Assembly (NCBI GenBank): GCA_051294375.1
Contig: CM119265.1
Location: 6,209,489 to 6,273,488, forward strand
Direction of reading: 5' to 3'
Length of the DNA stretch: 64,000 nt
Origin: Paraspadella gotoi
Lineage: Eukaryota; Animalia; Chaetognatha
Under the pieces are notes generated by a model. That model was not told the origin of the DNA. It ran no database searches and saw only the letters and a program-made list of their open reading frames with translations. Positions 33,966 to 48,833 of this stretch are shown piece by piece. Each line of letters starts with the position of its first letter. Within the stretch, counting starts at the first letter, position 1. The translations under genes were made by a program, and so were the position numbers.

Positions 33966-35340
33966 TTTTTACGTTTGTGTTCATATTGTATTATTTTTAT
34001 TATTTTATTATTTTATTTTACAACCAACTGGGGGAAACAATACGTTTCATTAAATAAAATGGTATTCTCATGACTTAAATTTTGAATACTTAGTGTGAAA
34101 ATTCTCTCTTCAATAAAGTTTTCCTTTTCGGATTTTGGTTTTTTCTCCCAAAAAAATTTGAAGGACAGGATTTTCAAATTGAAAGGGAAATTGGTAGTCA
34201 TCGAAATGATGGGTGGACAGATGACGAAGGCAGATGTCGAGACAGATGACGCGAGATAACGTTAGACAGATGGGGAAAATAAAAAAAAAGACAAAAAGTT
34301 TGAATGTCAAAACCGTCTTTTAAAAAAAATGATATTGACTAATCAATAGTTTTCTGAATGACTTTTATTTCATCGATATACGACAACCATCCTTTCAAAA
34401 AGTTGAGTTTATTAGATAGAAATGGATAAATAATATCATACTGTCACTTATTTGTTCCCCCTCTTTTTAAATTCCTTGCAGAGGAAATGGGAAGACTCAG
34501 ATACGTATGATACGGATATCGTAGCCCAGGACGTTTTTTTTTTCAGAAGGCTCATTCAAATACATGGTGACTATTTTACAAGCGCCGGTAGAAAAACGCT
34601 GTCATTTGCAAACCCATGAACTTTAAAAGCTTTTGAGAGAAGATAAAAGAGAATAGAATCGTATAGAATCTATGGAATGAAATGCAAAAGGTAAACTGAT
34701 ATCCTTTTGAACAAAACGAAAAACCAACGCCGATCCCCACTGTACTACAGCAAAAAAAACTGCTTCATCAGCGCCTCGATTTTATTGGTACTTTAGAGTA
34801 ACGACAGCGAAAAAATACTCGTGAAAAAATACTGTAACCATTCCTCGATGAGTGGAAAGAGCAAGGCGTCGTCTCACTTCTTGTTGTACGGACATTAAAG
34901 CGGCGTATATCCTCTTTCTCACATTTTCGTTGACGATTCTAATGTGACCTCATTTAAAACGTTCGGCCAATAATTTTTTTTTCGGTATGTTTTATTTTTC
35001 GAGATTTTATTTTTTATCGCGAAAATTCGTAAACTTTTCCCCATTCGAAAGTGAGTGCCAAAAAAAAAAAAAAAATTCGCGACTCTCCGATATAATTCAA
35101 AAGTATGAAGATCAAATTTTCACTACCGAACGAAATCACGAACCCGCGACTTTGTGGGCGAGACACGCTCGAAGCTCGATGGAGCCATCTTTGACTTCAT
35201 CGTTTAAGCTAAACGTGTTTTTTCGTCGACACAAACAGAGTCGTTGGCGAAAAAAATAACGATTCCCCGATTCATCGTCCGAAAGAGAAAGTGGAGCCTT
35301 GAATTTCCGAGCCGCTGGGAGAAAAAAAAACTCCTTTCCT

Positions 35341-35446
<106 letters not shown>

Positions 35447-36634
35447 ATTTTCCTATTTCCTATTTTCCTCTCTCAATCTCTCGTTCCCTCTCGTTCTCTT
35501 TTTCTTCTCTCTCTGTATCTTTGATGATTGTCTTTCACTATCGTTTCCCTCCTGTCTCTGCCTCTCTCTCTCTCTCCTCCCACCCTCTCTCCAACTTTGG
35601 CGCGTTCTTTAATGGTCCCCGGCTGCCAGAGGATCGTTTCAACCACCTCGACAGGAAAGCGGACGCCTTTCAGTCTCCATCGCAGCCGCCGAAGCTTTCG
35701 TCAAAGTCGTCGTCGTCATCGCCGACAATGTTGCTTTTATTGTCGTCGCCATTGTCATGTCATGTCATGTCGTCGTCTTTGTTTAAATCGCATTGTCTTA
35801 TACTTCGCAGAAGGATACAGGATTTTGTGGTTTCCATCTCTTTTTTTTTTTTTGGTTTTTTTTACAGTTCGCAACTAAGCAAGTTATCTTTTTAATGTTT
35901 TCGTCTTTTTCTTTCTTTTCTCTCTTTTTCTCTTTCCTTTTTTTTTTGCATTTTCTCTTTTACCTTGGTCCTTGAAACTTTTTTCTAAAAGTTCAACGAC
36001 TCCTTTATGAGCCTAATGTTCCTTCGTTGTCGGAATGACTCGATATGTTTCGAAAATGTTGCACATTGTGTGGTTTATTTGTATGTCTTGTAAATAATTT
36101 ATTCACTTTATTCATCAATTAACCGAATTCAATTTCGAGAAATTCCAACTTTCATACGATATCTGAGTCTCTTAGATTTCCACCTGAATTTTTAACATTT
36201 ATTTTTTCCGTTCTCAGATACACAGCTTTCATTTTGGAACTAAAAAATAGTAAAAAGAGAGAGAGAGAGAGATAGAGTGAGAGAGAGAGAGAAAGAGAGA
36301 GAGAGACCTCGACATATCTTCCATTTTGCCCTTACCCCGAGGAAATCGTATTTCTATAAATGAAAACAAATACTTTTTTGCGGGAAGACGACACGCAATC
36401 ATTTTATTTTTTTTTTGGGGGGGGGGGTATTTGTCATGGGTTCTCTCTTCCGTAGGTTTTTCTAAGTTAAACAAACCTTTTTGACTTTTTTTTTACAAAG
36501 CATATATAGTAGTATCCTTTATCTATCGCCAATTATAACCATATGTCAAATTCGTCTGTATTTTCCTTTGTTTAAAAACATTTACCTTTTTATTATGTAA
36601 CATGCATTCTTTCCCCCCTGCCTTTTTTTCAATT

Positions 36635-36990
36635 TACGATCCACTCCCTCTCCCTTGCCCCTTTTCCTCCCTCCCTCTAAACCCCCTTCCACCCTACGAA
36701 CTATACCCTCTCCCCTTCCCCTCTTTTCCACCCTCCCTCTAAAACCCCCTTCCCCCTACGAACCACTCCTCTCTCTCCCCCTTTTCCTCCCTCCCTCTAA
36801 ACCCCTTCCCCCTACGATCCACTCCCCTCTCCCCTTCCCCCTTTTCCACCTCCCTTTAAACCCCCTTCCCCCCTTCCCCCTTCCCCCCTACTCTACACTC
36901 CCTCTCCCCCTTCCCCCTTTTCCACCCTCCCTCTAAAACCCCTTCCCGCCTACCACCACTCCCCCCTCAGCCCCTCCCCCCCATTTTCCC
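36635..36990. repeat. C-rich minisatellite, about 58-62 bp unit, 5-6 copies
   Basis: Recurring TACGA(T/A)CCACTCCCTCTCCCCTTCCCCCTTTTCC(T/A)CCCTCCCTCTAAACCCC at about 36635, 36695, 36757, 36813 and onward. Confidence 0.85.
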
Positions 36991-37298
36991 CAGAGGCAAA
37001 AAAGGGTTCGACTATTTTTCCGCAAAATTTCGGAACCCAAACTTCTTTTTTTTTCTTTCTTTTTTTTCTCGTTTTTGGTTCCGAAAAGAAAGAAAAAAAT
37101 ATGAGGCGATCATGGAAGGCGTTGATGTCACGGGCGGTGATAATTTTAAGGATTCTGATGTTGTTTATGAAGTTGGATGATGTGGATTTTTTTTTTAAAT
37201 TTTAATCTTCTTCAGAAAAAAATGTTTTTTGAGTAAAAGAGAATCGTTTAAGATATTTAAAGAAAGTGTCTTGATCAAAACAGAGTCTCTCACTTTCT

Positions 37299-37371
<73 letters not shown>

Positions 37372-37879
37372 CTTTCTCTCATTGTTCTCGCTTTCTTTTG
37401 ATCTTTTGTTTTATGGTCATTGAATTCGCGCGGTTTTTTCGTTAGTTGAAAAGACGACGATGAGAAAGACGACAAAGAACGACGACGGAAGAGAGGAAGA
37501 AAAAAAGGAAAAAGGAAAGTGAGGATGGAAGGAAGGAAGGAAGGAAGGAAAGAAGGAAGGAAGGAAGGAAGGAAGGAAGGAAGGAAGGAAGGAAGGAAGG
37601 AAAGAAGGAAGAGAGAAATTAAAGAAAAGAGATAAGAAAGAAAGCACAAGTGCTAAAAATAAGGAAGGGAGGAAAGAAAGACGGATGAAGGAAAGTCCGG
37701 GAAAAAAGAAAGAAAGGATTAAGGAAAAAGAACGAAAGGAAGAAGATAAAGAAGGAAAGAAAGAATAATGTCGTAACTCTAGCTGTACCCCCTTAGAGGG
37801 AGAGAAAAAAAATCTACGCGACGTGATTTGCATAAAGAAAATGAAAACAAGCTGTTTTCGCGGGTTTTTCATACCCCAC

Positions 37880-37936
<57 letters not shown>

Positions 37937-38495
37937 CTTACGAAAAAACTGGTTCCTGTTTTGCGAGTTTTTGTGAATTGGTTTTTCACGCGTAGCTTCA
38001 CTTCGCTCACACACTTCATTTCTTCTCCCCGTTCTCTTTTTTTTCTTTCTGCTTTTTTTCTTTTTCTCTTTCTTTTTCTCTTTCTCTTTCCATCGCTGAC
38101 CCGAGAATAGTTTTCCCCAGGGAGACCGGCGGTGGAGCGGATGAAATGAAAAGGTGAGAGAGTCTTCTCTTCTTCATGTATTCGATTACTGTTTCTATTT
38201 CTGTCTGTGTTTGCTTGTCAGAGTGTGTCTGTCTCAGTTTCTGTCTATCTGTCTTTCTCTGTTTGATCATCGAGTTCCAATATTTCGATCTTTCCCTTGC
38301 TCATTCCTCCCCTGCCCTCTCTCTTTCTCTCTCTCTCTCATTCTTCCTCCCTCTGCCTCCCTTTCTCTGACTTTCAGTCAACCGAGTCACCAGTCTTCTT
38401 TTGCCCCGACTGATTCGAGTGAACCTCTCACAAAAAAGTCACATGTTTTGTTTTCGCTGTTAAAACGACGGTTCAAAGAGCCGTTCTGTCCAAAG

Positions 38496-38542
<47 letters not shown>

Positions 38543-39310
38543 GTTTCTAAGTCCTCTCACAACCTGCCCCAGGCTCGTATTTCTCCAGAAAACATTGAAG
38601 GGTTTTCGAAGTGTTTCTTCATCGTCATCTAGGTCGTCGTCGTCGTCGTCGTCGCGTCACGATCGACATTTGAAATCTTTTCCATTTTCTCTCTTTCTCT
38701 CTTTTCCTTATTTTTCCAAAATCCACTCATTCTCACCTTCTCCTTTTTTTTCTTCTTTTTTCTATTTTTCTTTTCTTTTTCTTCCTCCATTTTCTTTTTT
38801 CCTCCATTCCTCCTTTCGGCGTCTTAACATGAGACATAAAATGGCGCCGAATGTTGAGAGACGAGAGGGGAAAGAGAGGAGGAGGAAAGTGGGAGATAAT
38901 GGGGGAGGGGGGTGGAAGAAAATGGGGAAGTATAATGTAGAGGGAAGATAGAGAAAGGAAGGGAGAGATGGAGGTAGGAGGGGGTGAGGTAAAACCTTGG
39001 AGGGATCAGGAAATCCGAGGAAATGACTCTGGAAGAGATTTTCCCTAAAAAAAAGAAGGACATGGAACGACCATCATGGATGTAGATTCCTTTCCCATGT
39101 CCCCAGGGGATGATTCGAACCTTGACTCCTACTAACTTCTCTTTATATTCCCCCTTTGCAACCCGACTCTTCTTATGAGTACACCCCCACCTCGCCCAAC
39201 TTGCCGTGACCCATGCTTCAACTGGGTTACCCCGAAAAAACTCACCTCGGACCAACCCTTTCTTCGCGCGACCCCTGACCTCGCCCGTAACCACCCCATT
39301 CTCCGCATTC

Positions 39311-39681
39311 TTTTCAGTTGCGCCGCGAGTAATCGTGGAGCTACTCTAAAGTCATTTGTCGGTCGGTCAGTCTGTGCTTTAGTCGGTTTTAAATATTTAA
39401 AATACTAATGATTTATATACAAATAGTTTTATTTTATTTGGTATCGAATAAAAAATAAATAAAAAAGATGCATGATATGCATAATTGCTTATGTCTCCTA
39501 CTTGTACTGTCATATAATTATCTTATAGTTTACTTTATTTTTTGTTATATGGAGTCATTTTAATCAATATTTAGCTGAGATGTGCAGTATTATTAAGTGA
39601 TTGCTTTGCATATGTTTTATACTTATTTAATCATTTAATCCTTTACATAAAAATGGAAATGGAAAGTCATTGCTACGCAAC
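39311..39681 (+). mobile_element. Second, diverged HINE/DINE-1-like copy
   Basis: TTTTCAGTTGCGCCGCGAGTA...ACTCTAAAGTCATTTGTCGGTCGGTCAGTCTGT matches 11128-11200; 3' GTCATTGCTACGCAAC (39666-39681) matches GTCACTGCGGCGCAAC of the first copy. Confidence 0.6.
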
Positions 39682-39808
39682 CCTTTAAACATGACGGTTC
39701 TGCTTTTCTTTCCCTTCAAATTCTCGACGAGAAAAGTTTTTTTTTTCTCTTTTCTCTTTCGGACGCAATTTCTTTTGCGTCATTGACGTTCACGACGCTT
39801 TGGGTGCT

Positions 39809-39843
<35 letters not shown>

Positions 39844-40678
39844 TGTGGCTATTTTTTTATCTGAGAGAAGAGGGAGATTGTTTTTTCCATAAGAGTTGCT
39901 TGGTCTTTGTTGCTTGGTCTTACAATTCGTGGTAGTCGTGAATATTTTACGTAGTACGGTGATTTCGTAGTTCTTTTCTTTCTCGTCTTACGGCTCTTAG
40001 GTCCCGCGTTCGAGGTTGCCTTGAGGAAATGATCAGCGGCTTCGAGAATCTGCCGAAGCTCGATCGCTTTTTTTTCCCCGAAACCAAAACAAACATAAGA
40101 AAAACTTTTTTTTTTCTCTGAAAAAAATAAATAAAGCTAAAACATGCGAAACTTAAAGTGAAGTTGATTTTCCTCTCGGAGGCAAAAACTGGCGACCCGG
40201 GTTCGAAAGTGGGCGATTTCAACAGAGAAGGTTTTTCAGTTTAGAGAGATTTTTTTTTTTTTGGTTGTTGGGGAAAAAGCAAGAATCCTTGGCTGTTGCA
40301 GAATGGGGACCTCGGAAGATGAGTAGGCGGAGTTGGCGAAAGAGGTTGGATGGTTGGTGGATGGTAGAGAGATGCTGGCAGATTGAATTGCTTCGAGTCG
40401 TTGATGCAAAAATCACTCGGAGAAGCTATCGGGAAATCGTGGCGGGGAAATAAAGATTACTTTGTATACGTCATGGGTAAAAATATTTTTTAAATAATCC
40501 AGAAGAATAATCTTTATCGTTTGCTTTTCATAATTTAACAATTGTAAAAAGGAATAACCAAAATTTTTTATCTTTCCATGAAAAAAATCTGAGAAACATT
40601 TCGCCCTTTAAGGTTTCCTTGAGAAATCAAGATACTTGGATCTTCTTATCGCTTTCGCTGCTTCATCGCTTTCTTCAC

Positions 40679-40754
<76 letters not shown>

Positions 40755-41491
40755 AATCTCAATCTTTCACTTTCGTTATTTTTTAAATTGATATTTTCTT
40801 AGATTATTCTGATTTGTACATGAATAATTCACATAGATAAGTTTCTTGCCCCGTTTTTTAAGCTTTATTTTTTTCTCTTTGTTTTATAAAAGTGTCATAT
40901 ACATGTATTATGTATTATACATGTACATAAAGATCAAACCGCTCTCTCGTTCTAAGAATTTTCTTCCTATTTTTTTTTTCCTTCTTTTCTTATCTTCTTT
41001 TTTCTTTTATTTTCTGTTCTTTACTTTTGTTCTCTTTTCTTTTTCTTTCTTCTATATTCTTTTTTTTCACCAATATTATTGTTTTATCTTTTTTTATGTA
41101 ATACAACATCTTTCTTATCGCTTCCATTCTTTTTTTACTATTCACTTGTTGTCTCTTATGTCTCGACACTCTGCTTGCGAGCTTGCTTACCTCCAATGTT
41201 GTCCACTCTTTTTTATAAAACCATTTTTTACTCACATTTCTCTCCTCTCCTCCTTCTCTCTCTCTCTCTCTCTCTCTCTGGTGTCGCGACGCCATTTCGT
41301 GTTTCTATGAATTTTCTGTAAGGAAAACAAGAACAGTTCAAAAACTGAGCAAAGGAGGAATAAAAGGCGGAAAGCCGAGAAAAGAAAAAAAGAAAAAATA
41401 AAGAAAAAAGACAAAGAAGCGAAAAAAAAACAAAAGGAAAAAAAGAGAGGGCGCAAAGCTAGCTGTAAAAGTATAAAAGAAATAAAAAATT

Positions 41492-41523
<32 letters not shown>

Positions 41524-42370
41524 AATCAAGAAAGTGAAAAAGAAAGATAGAAAGAAAAAAAGTAAGAAAGAGAGAAAGAAATAAAATAATAAAAGAAAAA
41601 AGAAACAAAAGACGAAAAAATTAGTAAAAAGGCACCCAGCGTTCTTTGAAAACTATACAAAACTGTACGTGTCGGAGAAATGTTTTCGATGTTTCCGCTA
41701 TTTTTTTTTTTCATTTTTCCTTTTTTTTTTTCCATCCCCTTATTTCGCGATTATACTCGGTTTTCCTTTCTTTTTTCCCTTCCTCTTTTCCTTGTTGTTT
41801 CTCCGTTGCGCCTTCATTTCCGTTTCTGACAGAAAAATCGGGTCGAGGGGAGAGATGGGGGGGGGGAGTGGAAGGAGGCGTGGCTTCTAGGGCAGTTCCG
41901 ATTTTTTTTTATCCTTGATTGGTTGAGAAGGAAAAGGTTGCGCCGAGAAAAACAACAACTGACTGTTTGAGAATCAAAAACAATAAATGAGCTCACGAAC
42001 TTTACTCTGTATAAAATGAGCTCGATTTAATTAAAGACAGCTCCTAATTGGTCCAAAAACTCTCTTCGACGAAGCTGATTAGTGGAAATAAACATTAATT
42101 TGAGACTTTTGATTGGACTAAAATAGAAGGAGAAAGAGTGAGGGATTATGAAAAAGATGAAGCGAATAGATCTGGCGACTCGTGAGACTTGATTGGAAAG
42201 AGGGAGTGAGGAAATGAGATGGGAGGGCGGGGGGAGAGAGAGGGAAGCTGGGGACGAATTGAAAAACCCGATAAGTTATGAGAACCCGATAAAAATTTCT
42301 TTACATAACGTTAAACTCGTGGCAGGAGTCTTCAAAAATTATTATCCTAATAAAACTCTCTTTCTCTTTC

Positions 42371-42465
<95 letters not shown>

Positions 42466-43059
42466 CTTCTCTCTGTGTCCGCTTAACTCTCTTCGCCAGC
42501 CTTTCCCCCTTCAATGACTAAAACCATAAAGTTTTTACTTTTTTACCCCCCCCCCGAAAAAAAAAGCAAACAGAGGAATGTTTGAACTAGTGATGTTTCC
42601 TGTTTTATTTATTCTTTTCCCATCCTGTCACCTCGAGCGTTTATTTTGGTAAACAAAGTTTCAAGTTTTGGCCGAGGATGACGTCGACGATAACCACGAC
42701 GGCGGCAGCACCATCGCCGTCCATGAGATGTTGTGGCGTCGCCATCGCGTCGTAAAAACTGAGGAGCATCGCATTTCAAGCGGGCGGCCGCTTTGCCGGG
42801 GCGGCGGCGGCGGCGGCGGCGGCGGCTGTCGTTGTCAGTGACGGCGTCGCGTTGGAGTCCTCGGCGGAGAAAAAGTGTCGCCATTTAAGAGAGATGGAGA
42901 AAAGAAAAGAGAAATAAATAAAAGAGAAAAAAAGGTAAAATAAAAAGAAAGAAAGAGCAACAGTGGAAAGAAATACATCGGCCAACTGTCTTTATTATTT
43001 TTCTTCGTTTGCGACATTTAAATTGAGGGATTTAATGATATGATAAGATATAGCATAGA

Positions 43060-43223
<164 letters not shown>

Positions 43224-43656
43224 ACTCATTTAGTAAAAAGTTAATCCTTTTTAATTCGAGAACGTCATAAATAAATTCATCGGGAATTTGAGGAACGAGA
43301 ACGAGGCTCCGAAACGGAGGAAAGAGGAAAGGAATGCAAACAAAGAACGGATGAAGTAAACAAAGAAGAGAGAAGGAGGAATGTAAACAAAAGAATGATC
43401 TGAATTCAGCGCCACGAGACTCGCGGATGTGATTGAGGAGCGTTCGAGGACATCCGGGGGGGAAGAGGAAGAGGAAGATCGGAGGAAAGAGAGGAAGAGA
43501 GGAGATGAAATTAAGGAGAAAAGGAAAGAAGAAAGGAGAGATCGAAAAAGAAAACTGAAGGAGCCGATACTCAAAGTGGGAGAAGCAGAGAAGAAATACT
43601 GAGAGAGCAGAACAGTAAAACCGCAAGAGCTCACAGAGAAACCTCGGTAATAGGTA

Positions 43657-43857
43657 TTATGAAATTGGTACAACCAATATAAAAATTATCCATTCATCTA
43701 ATAAATAAGCTATCTTGCCCCTGACTTTGGACAGGCTTTGGTGGTTTAAGGCCTCCATCACTCTTACAAGATAATGACATAGCAGGTCCCTGCAAGTTTT
43801 CAATCAAAACTCTCTCACAGTCTTGTTTATTCACTCCCAGAGTACCTGGCTTCCCTA
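43657..43857 (-). mobile_element. About 200-bp copy of the Penelope-like dispersed repeat
   Basis: High similarity to the intron-3 unit from TTATGAAATTGGTACAACC to GGCTTCCCTA; same terminus, truncated at the other end. Confidence 0.7.
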
Positions 43858-45024
43858 CTTTGGGGAAACTTTGGGGAAACTGTAGGAGCAAATATTAAAT
43901 ATTTGATGAGGAGAGTAGAAATACAGAGAAAACTGAGAAGGGCTGATGAAGTTGAAAACTAAAGGAGCAGAAAATTAACAAAGGGAAAACCGAAAAGAAA
44001 AAGAGAGAGAAAACTTGAGGAGCAAAGAAAAAAATGCTGGAGCACAAAAGAAAAACAGAGAGAAAGACTCTTCTGTCTAAAATGATGTTTAAATAGCAGA
44101 GGAGCGACACGGCGCCATAGAAAAGGAGCGACGGCTCCATAGAAGAGGAGCGCCGGCTCCAGATTTGCCTTGCCCAATTTACACGGTTGTCATCGCTTCT
44201 CATTTTTTTCCTTTCATTCATCTTAATTCGTGTTTCGTCTTATTTTCCGTCGTACTCTTTGGAAATTGTTTGTTATAAACGTGTAATAATCCGGAAATAT
44301 TAATATCTCATATCATTATTTTCGTATAAAATTGGTCAGCGTTTCTCTACCGCCCTTCCACCCTTCCTCCCTTTTTTCTTTTTAAATTTTCTTTTCTTCC
44401 AACTTTCCCATCTCCCTTTTTCTCGACGCCGTGATTCTTTTTTTTTTTCATCCTCTAATTATTTTTCTTCGCCTCTTCCTCCTTTCCTTTCTTTCCTTTC
44501 TGTTCCTCCTTTCCTCCGATAAATCTGGCGAGACTATGTTAAGAGATGAAAGCCGGATCTCTCCCCCCCCTTCCAAACCTTATTTGTCTTAGGCTTTTCC
44601 TTTGTCGCCTTATTTGTCTTTCTTCCATTCTCCCTTTTCTTTTCTTTTCCTTTTCCTCTTTTTTTAAAAATCTTTTTCTCCTGGTCTTTCATCCTTTTTT
44701 TTTATTTTTTTTTTCCTCCCTCGATTTCTTTTTTTTTTTCTCTTTCCCTCCTTTTGCCGCCAACATAAAACGGAATCCCTCAAAAGCGTGAAGGGATTTT
44801 TTCCGCTTTTTTTCTTTCGGATTTTAAATGATTTTGGAACTAAAGTGGTTTTCCAATCGACGAAAAGACCACTTTCGCGTTTCAAAACAACTCGTATCGC
44901 TGAACTCGATTTTGTCGTTTATCGCTTGAACCTTTTTTTTTTTCTTTCCGGGTTCTTAACCTCTTAACTTTTAAGCCACTCTTTTTAACTGAGACATCCT
45001 ACCGATATCTCTCTTTCTTTTTTA

Positions 45025-45064
<40 letters not shown>

Positions 45065-45166
45065 TCTTTTTTCTTTCTTTCTTTCTTCTATGTGGTCTAT
45101 ATTTTTTCAAATGCTCTCTCTCTTCTCTTCTCCTCTCTCTCTCTCTCTCTCTCTCCTCTCTCTCTC

Positions 45167-45218
<52 letters not shown>

Positions 45219-46253
45219 CTCTCTCTCCTCTCATCTCTCTATACCCGCAGCACCACTCGTGACTCGCCCATCTCTGATTCAAACTTCTTCTTCTCATAAC
45301 TGCTTCTCTCTCTTCTTTCTTTTTTTTTCCTTCCTTCTACATTGCTCACGGGAAAATCCTCTCTATCTCAATCCGTCTCGGCGATTCTTTCTTTCTCTCT
45401 CTCTTTATCGCATTTTTTTCATTCCTTCCCGCGACTCCTTGTCACCGACTCCCTCTCACTGACTCCCTCTCCCTCTCTCTCTCTCTCTCTTTCAGAGTTT
45501 TCCTTCTCGCGCAGAATTCGTCACCGAATGAAAGACTTGCAGGCAACGGAAGCGAAGGAGGCGAAATCCCCGATTTCCAAATAAAGAACTCTCTCTCTCT
45601 CTCTCTCTCTNNNNNNNNNNNNNNNNNNNNNNNNNNNNNNNNNNNNNNNNNNNNNNNNNNNNNNNNNNNNNNNNNNNNNNNNNNNNNNNNNNNNNNNNNN
45701 NNNNNNNNNNNNNNNNNNNNNNNNNNNNNNNNNNNNNNNNNNNNNNNNNNNNNNNNNNNNNNNNNNNNNNNNNNNNNNNNNNNNNNNNNNNNNNNNNNNN
45801 NNNNNNNNNNNNNNNNNNNNNNNNNNNGGCTCGGTTGGCTTCAACCCAAGACCAACAAAAACAAAACAGCGCCCACGAAAAAAACAGTTTGTCGCTGAGA
45901 CGAACGAAACAAACAAAAATAAACATCTGCGGGAAAAAACATGTACATAAAGATCAAACCGCTCTCTCGTTCTAAGAATTTTCTTCCTATTTTTTTTTTC
46001 CTCTTTCTATCTTCTTTTTTTCTTTTATTTTCTGTTCTTTACTTTTGTTCTCTTTTCTTTTTCTTTCTTCTATATTCTTTTTTTCACCAATATTATTGTT
46101 TTATCTTTTTTTTATGTAATACAACATCTTTCTTATCGCTTCCATTTCTTTTTTTACTATTCACTTGTTGTCTCTATGTCTCGACACTCTGCTTGCGAGC
46201 TTGCTTACCTCCAATGTTGTCCACTCTTTTTTATAAAACCATTTTTTACTCAC

Positions 46254-46336
<83 letters not shown>

Positions 46337-46549
46337 GGTGTCGCGACGCCATTTCGTGTTTCTATGAATTTTCTGTAAGGAAAACAAGAACAGTTCAAAA
46401 ACTGAGCAAAGGAGGAATAAAAGGCGGAAAGCCGAGAAAAGAAAAAAAGAAAAAATAAAGAAAAAAGACAAAGAAGCGAAAAAAAAACAAAAGGAAAAAA
46501 AGAGAGGGCGCAAAGCTAGCTGTAAAAGTATATAAAGAAATAAAAAATT

Positions 46550-46585
<36 letters not shown>

Positions 46586-47422
46586 AATCAGAAAATGAAA
46601 AAGAAAGATAGAAAGAAAAAAAGTAAGAAAGAGAGAAAGAAATAAAATAATAAAAGAAAAAAGAAACAAAAGACGAAAAAATTAGTAAAAAGGCACCCAG
46701 CGTTCTTGAAAACTATACAAAACTGTACGTGTCGGAGAAATGTTTTCGATGTTTCCGCTATTTTTTTTTTTCATTTTTCCTTTTTTTTTCCATCCCCTTA
46801 TTTCGCGAATTATACTCGGTTTCCTTTCTTTTTTCCCTTCCTCTTTTCCTTGTTGTTTCTCCGTTGCGCCTTCATTTCCGTTTCTGACAGAAAAATCGGT
46901 GTCGAGGGGAGAGATGGGGGGGGGAGTGGAAGGAGGCGTGGCTTCTAGGGCAGTTCCGATTTTTTTTTATCCTTGATTGGTTGAGAAGAAAGGTTGCGCC
47001 GAGAAAAACAACAACTGACTGTTTGAGAATCAAAAACAATAAATGAGCTCACGAACTTTACTCTGTATAAAATGAGCTCGATTTAATTAAAGACAGCTCC
47101 TAATTGGTCCAAAAACTCTCTTCGACGAAGCTGATTGTGGAAATAAACATTAATTTGAGACTTTGATTGGACTAAAATAGAAGGAGAAAGAGTGAGGGAT
47201 TTGAAAAGATGAAGCGAATAGATCTGGCGATCCGTGAGACTTGATTGGAAAGAGGAGTGAGGAAATGAGATGGGAGGGCGGGGGGAGAGAGAGGGAAGCT
47301 GGGGACGAATTGAAAAACCCGATAGTTATGAGAACCGATAAAAATTTCTTTACATACGTTAACTCGTGGCAGGAGTCTTCAAAAATTATTTATCCTAATA
47401 AAACTCTCTTTCTCTTTCCCTT

Positions 47423-47503
<81 letters not shown>

Positions 47504-48120
47504 CTTCTCTCTGTGTCCGTTAACTCTCTTCGCCAGCCTTTCCCCCTTCAATGACTAAAACCATAAAGTTTTTACTTTTTTACCCCCCCCCCCCGAAAAA
47601 AAAAAAGCAAACAGAGGAATGTTTGAACTAGTGATTTTCCTGTTTTATTTATTCTTTTCCCATCCTGTCACCTCGAGCGTTTATTTTGGTAAACAAAGTT
47701 TCAAGTTTGTGCCGAGGATGACGTCGACGATAACCACGACGGCGGCAGCACCATCGCCGTCCATGAGATGTTGTGGCGTCGCCATCGCGTCGTAAAAACT
47801 GAGGAGCATCGCATTTCAAGCGGGCGGCCGCTTTGCCGGGGCGGCCGGCGGCGCGGCGGCGGCGGCTGTCGTTGTCAGTGACGGCGTCGCGTTGGAGTCC
47901 TCGGCGGAAAAAGTGTCGCCATTTAAGAGAGATGGAGAAAAGAAAAGAGAAATAAATAAAAGAGAAAAAAAGGGTAAAATAAAAAAGAAAGAAAGAGCAA
48001 CAGTGGAAAGAAATACATCGGCCAACTGTCTTTATTATTTTTCTTCGTTTGCGACATTTAAATTGAGGGATTTAATGATATGATAAGATATAGCATAACT
48101 CTCTCTCTCTCTGATCTCTC

Positions 48121-48205
<85 letters not shown>

Positions 48206-48637
48206 ACTCATTTAGTAAAAAGTTTAATCCTTTTTAATTCGAGAACGTCATAAATAAATTCATCGGGAATTTGAGGAACGAGAACGAGGCTCCGAAACGG
48301 AGGAAAGAGGAAAGGAATGCAAACAAAGAACGGATGAAGTAAACAAAGAAGAGAGAAGGAGGAATGTAAACAAAAGAATGATCTGAATTCAGCCGCCACG
48401 AGACTCGCGGATGGTGATTGAGGAGCGTTCGAGGACATCCGGGGGGAAGAGAAGAGGAAGATCGGAGGAAAGAGAGGAAGAGAGGAGATGAAATTAAGGA
48501 GAAAAGGAAAGAAGAAAGGAGAGTCGAAAAAGAAAACTGAAGGAGCCGATACTCAAAGTGGGAGAAGCAGAGAAGAAATACTGAGAGAGCAGAACAGTAA
48601 AACCGCAAGAGCTCACAGAGAACCTCGGTAATAGGTA

Positions 48638-48833
48638 TTATGATTGGTACAACCAATATAAAAATTATCCATTCATCTAATAAATAAGCTATCTTGCCCC
48701 TGACTTTGGACAGGCTTTGGTGGTTTAAGGCCTCCATCACTCTTACAGATAATGACATAGCAGGTCCCTGCAAGTTTTCAATCAAAATCTCTCACAGTCT
48801 TGTTTATTCACTCCCAGAGTACCTGGCTCCCTA
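48638..48833 (-). mobile_element. Copy of the Penelope-like repeat within the second unit of the 5-kb duplication
   Basis: Duplicate of 43657-43857. Confidence 0.65.

Noticed and set aside
35131-35190. tRNA-like A/B-box string on the minus strand
   Set aside because: No acceptor stem or complete cloverleaf; at most a SINE or pseudo-tRNA remnant, so not called as a tRNA gene.
42609-42884. Arg-rich ORF in a CpG islet starting at AAATGGCG
   Set aside because: Low-complexity (GGC)n content, frame not preserved in the duplicate at about 47650-47925, no homology recognised.
43943-43960. CTGATGA...GAAA hammerhead core-like string
   Set aside because: No room for stem II and no flanking stems I or III.
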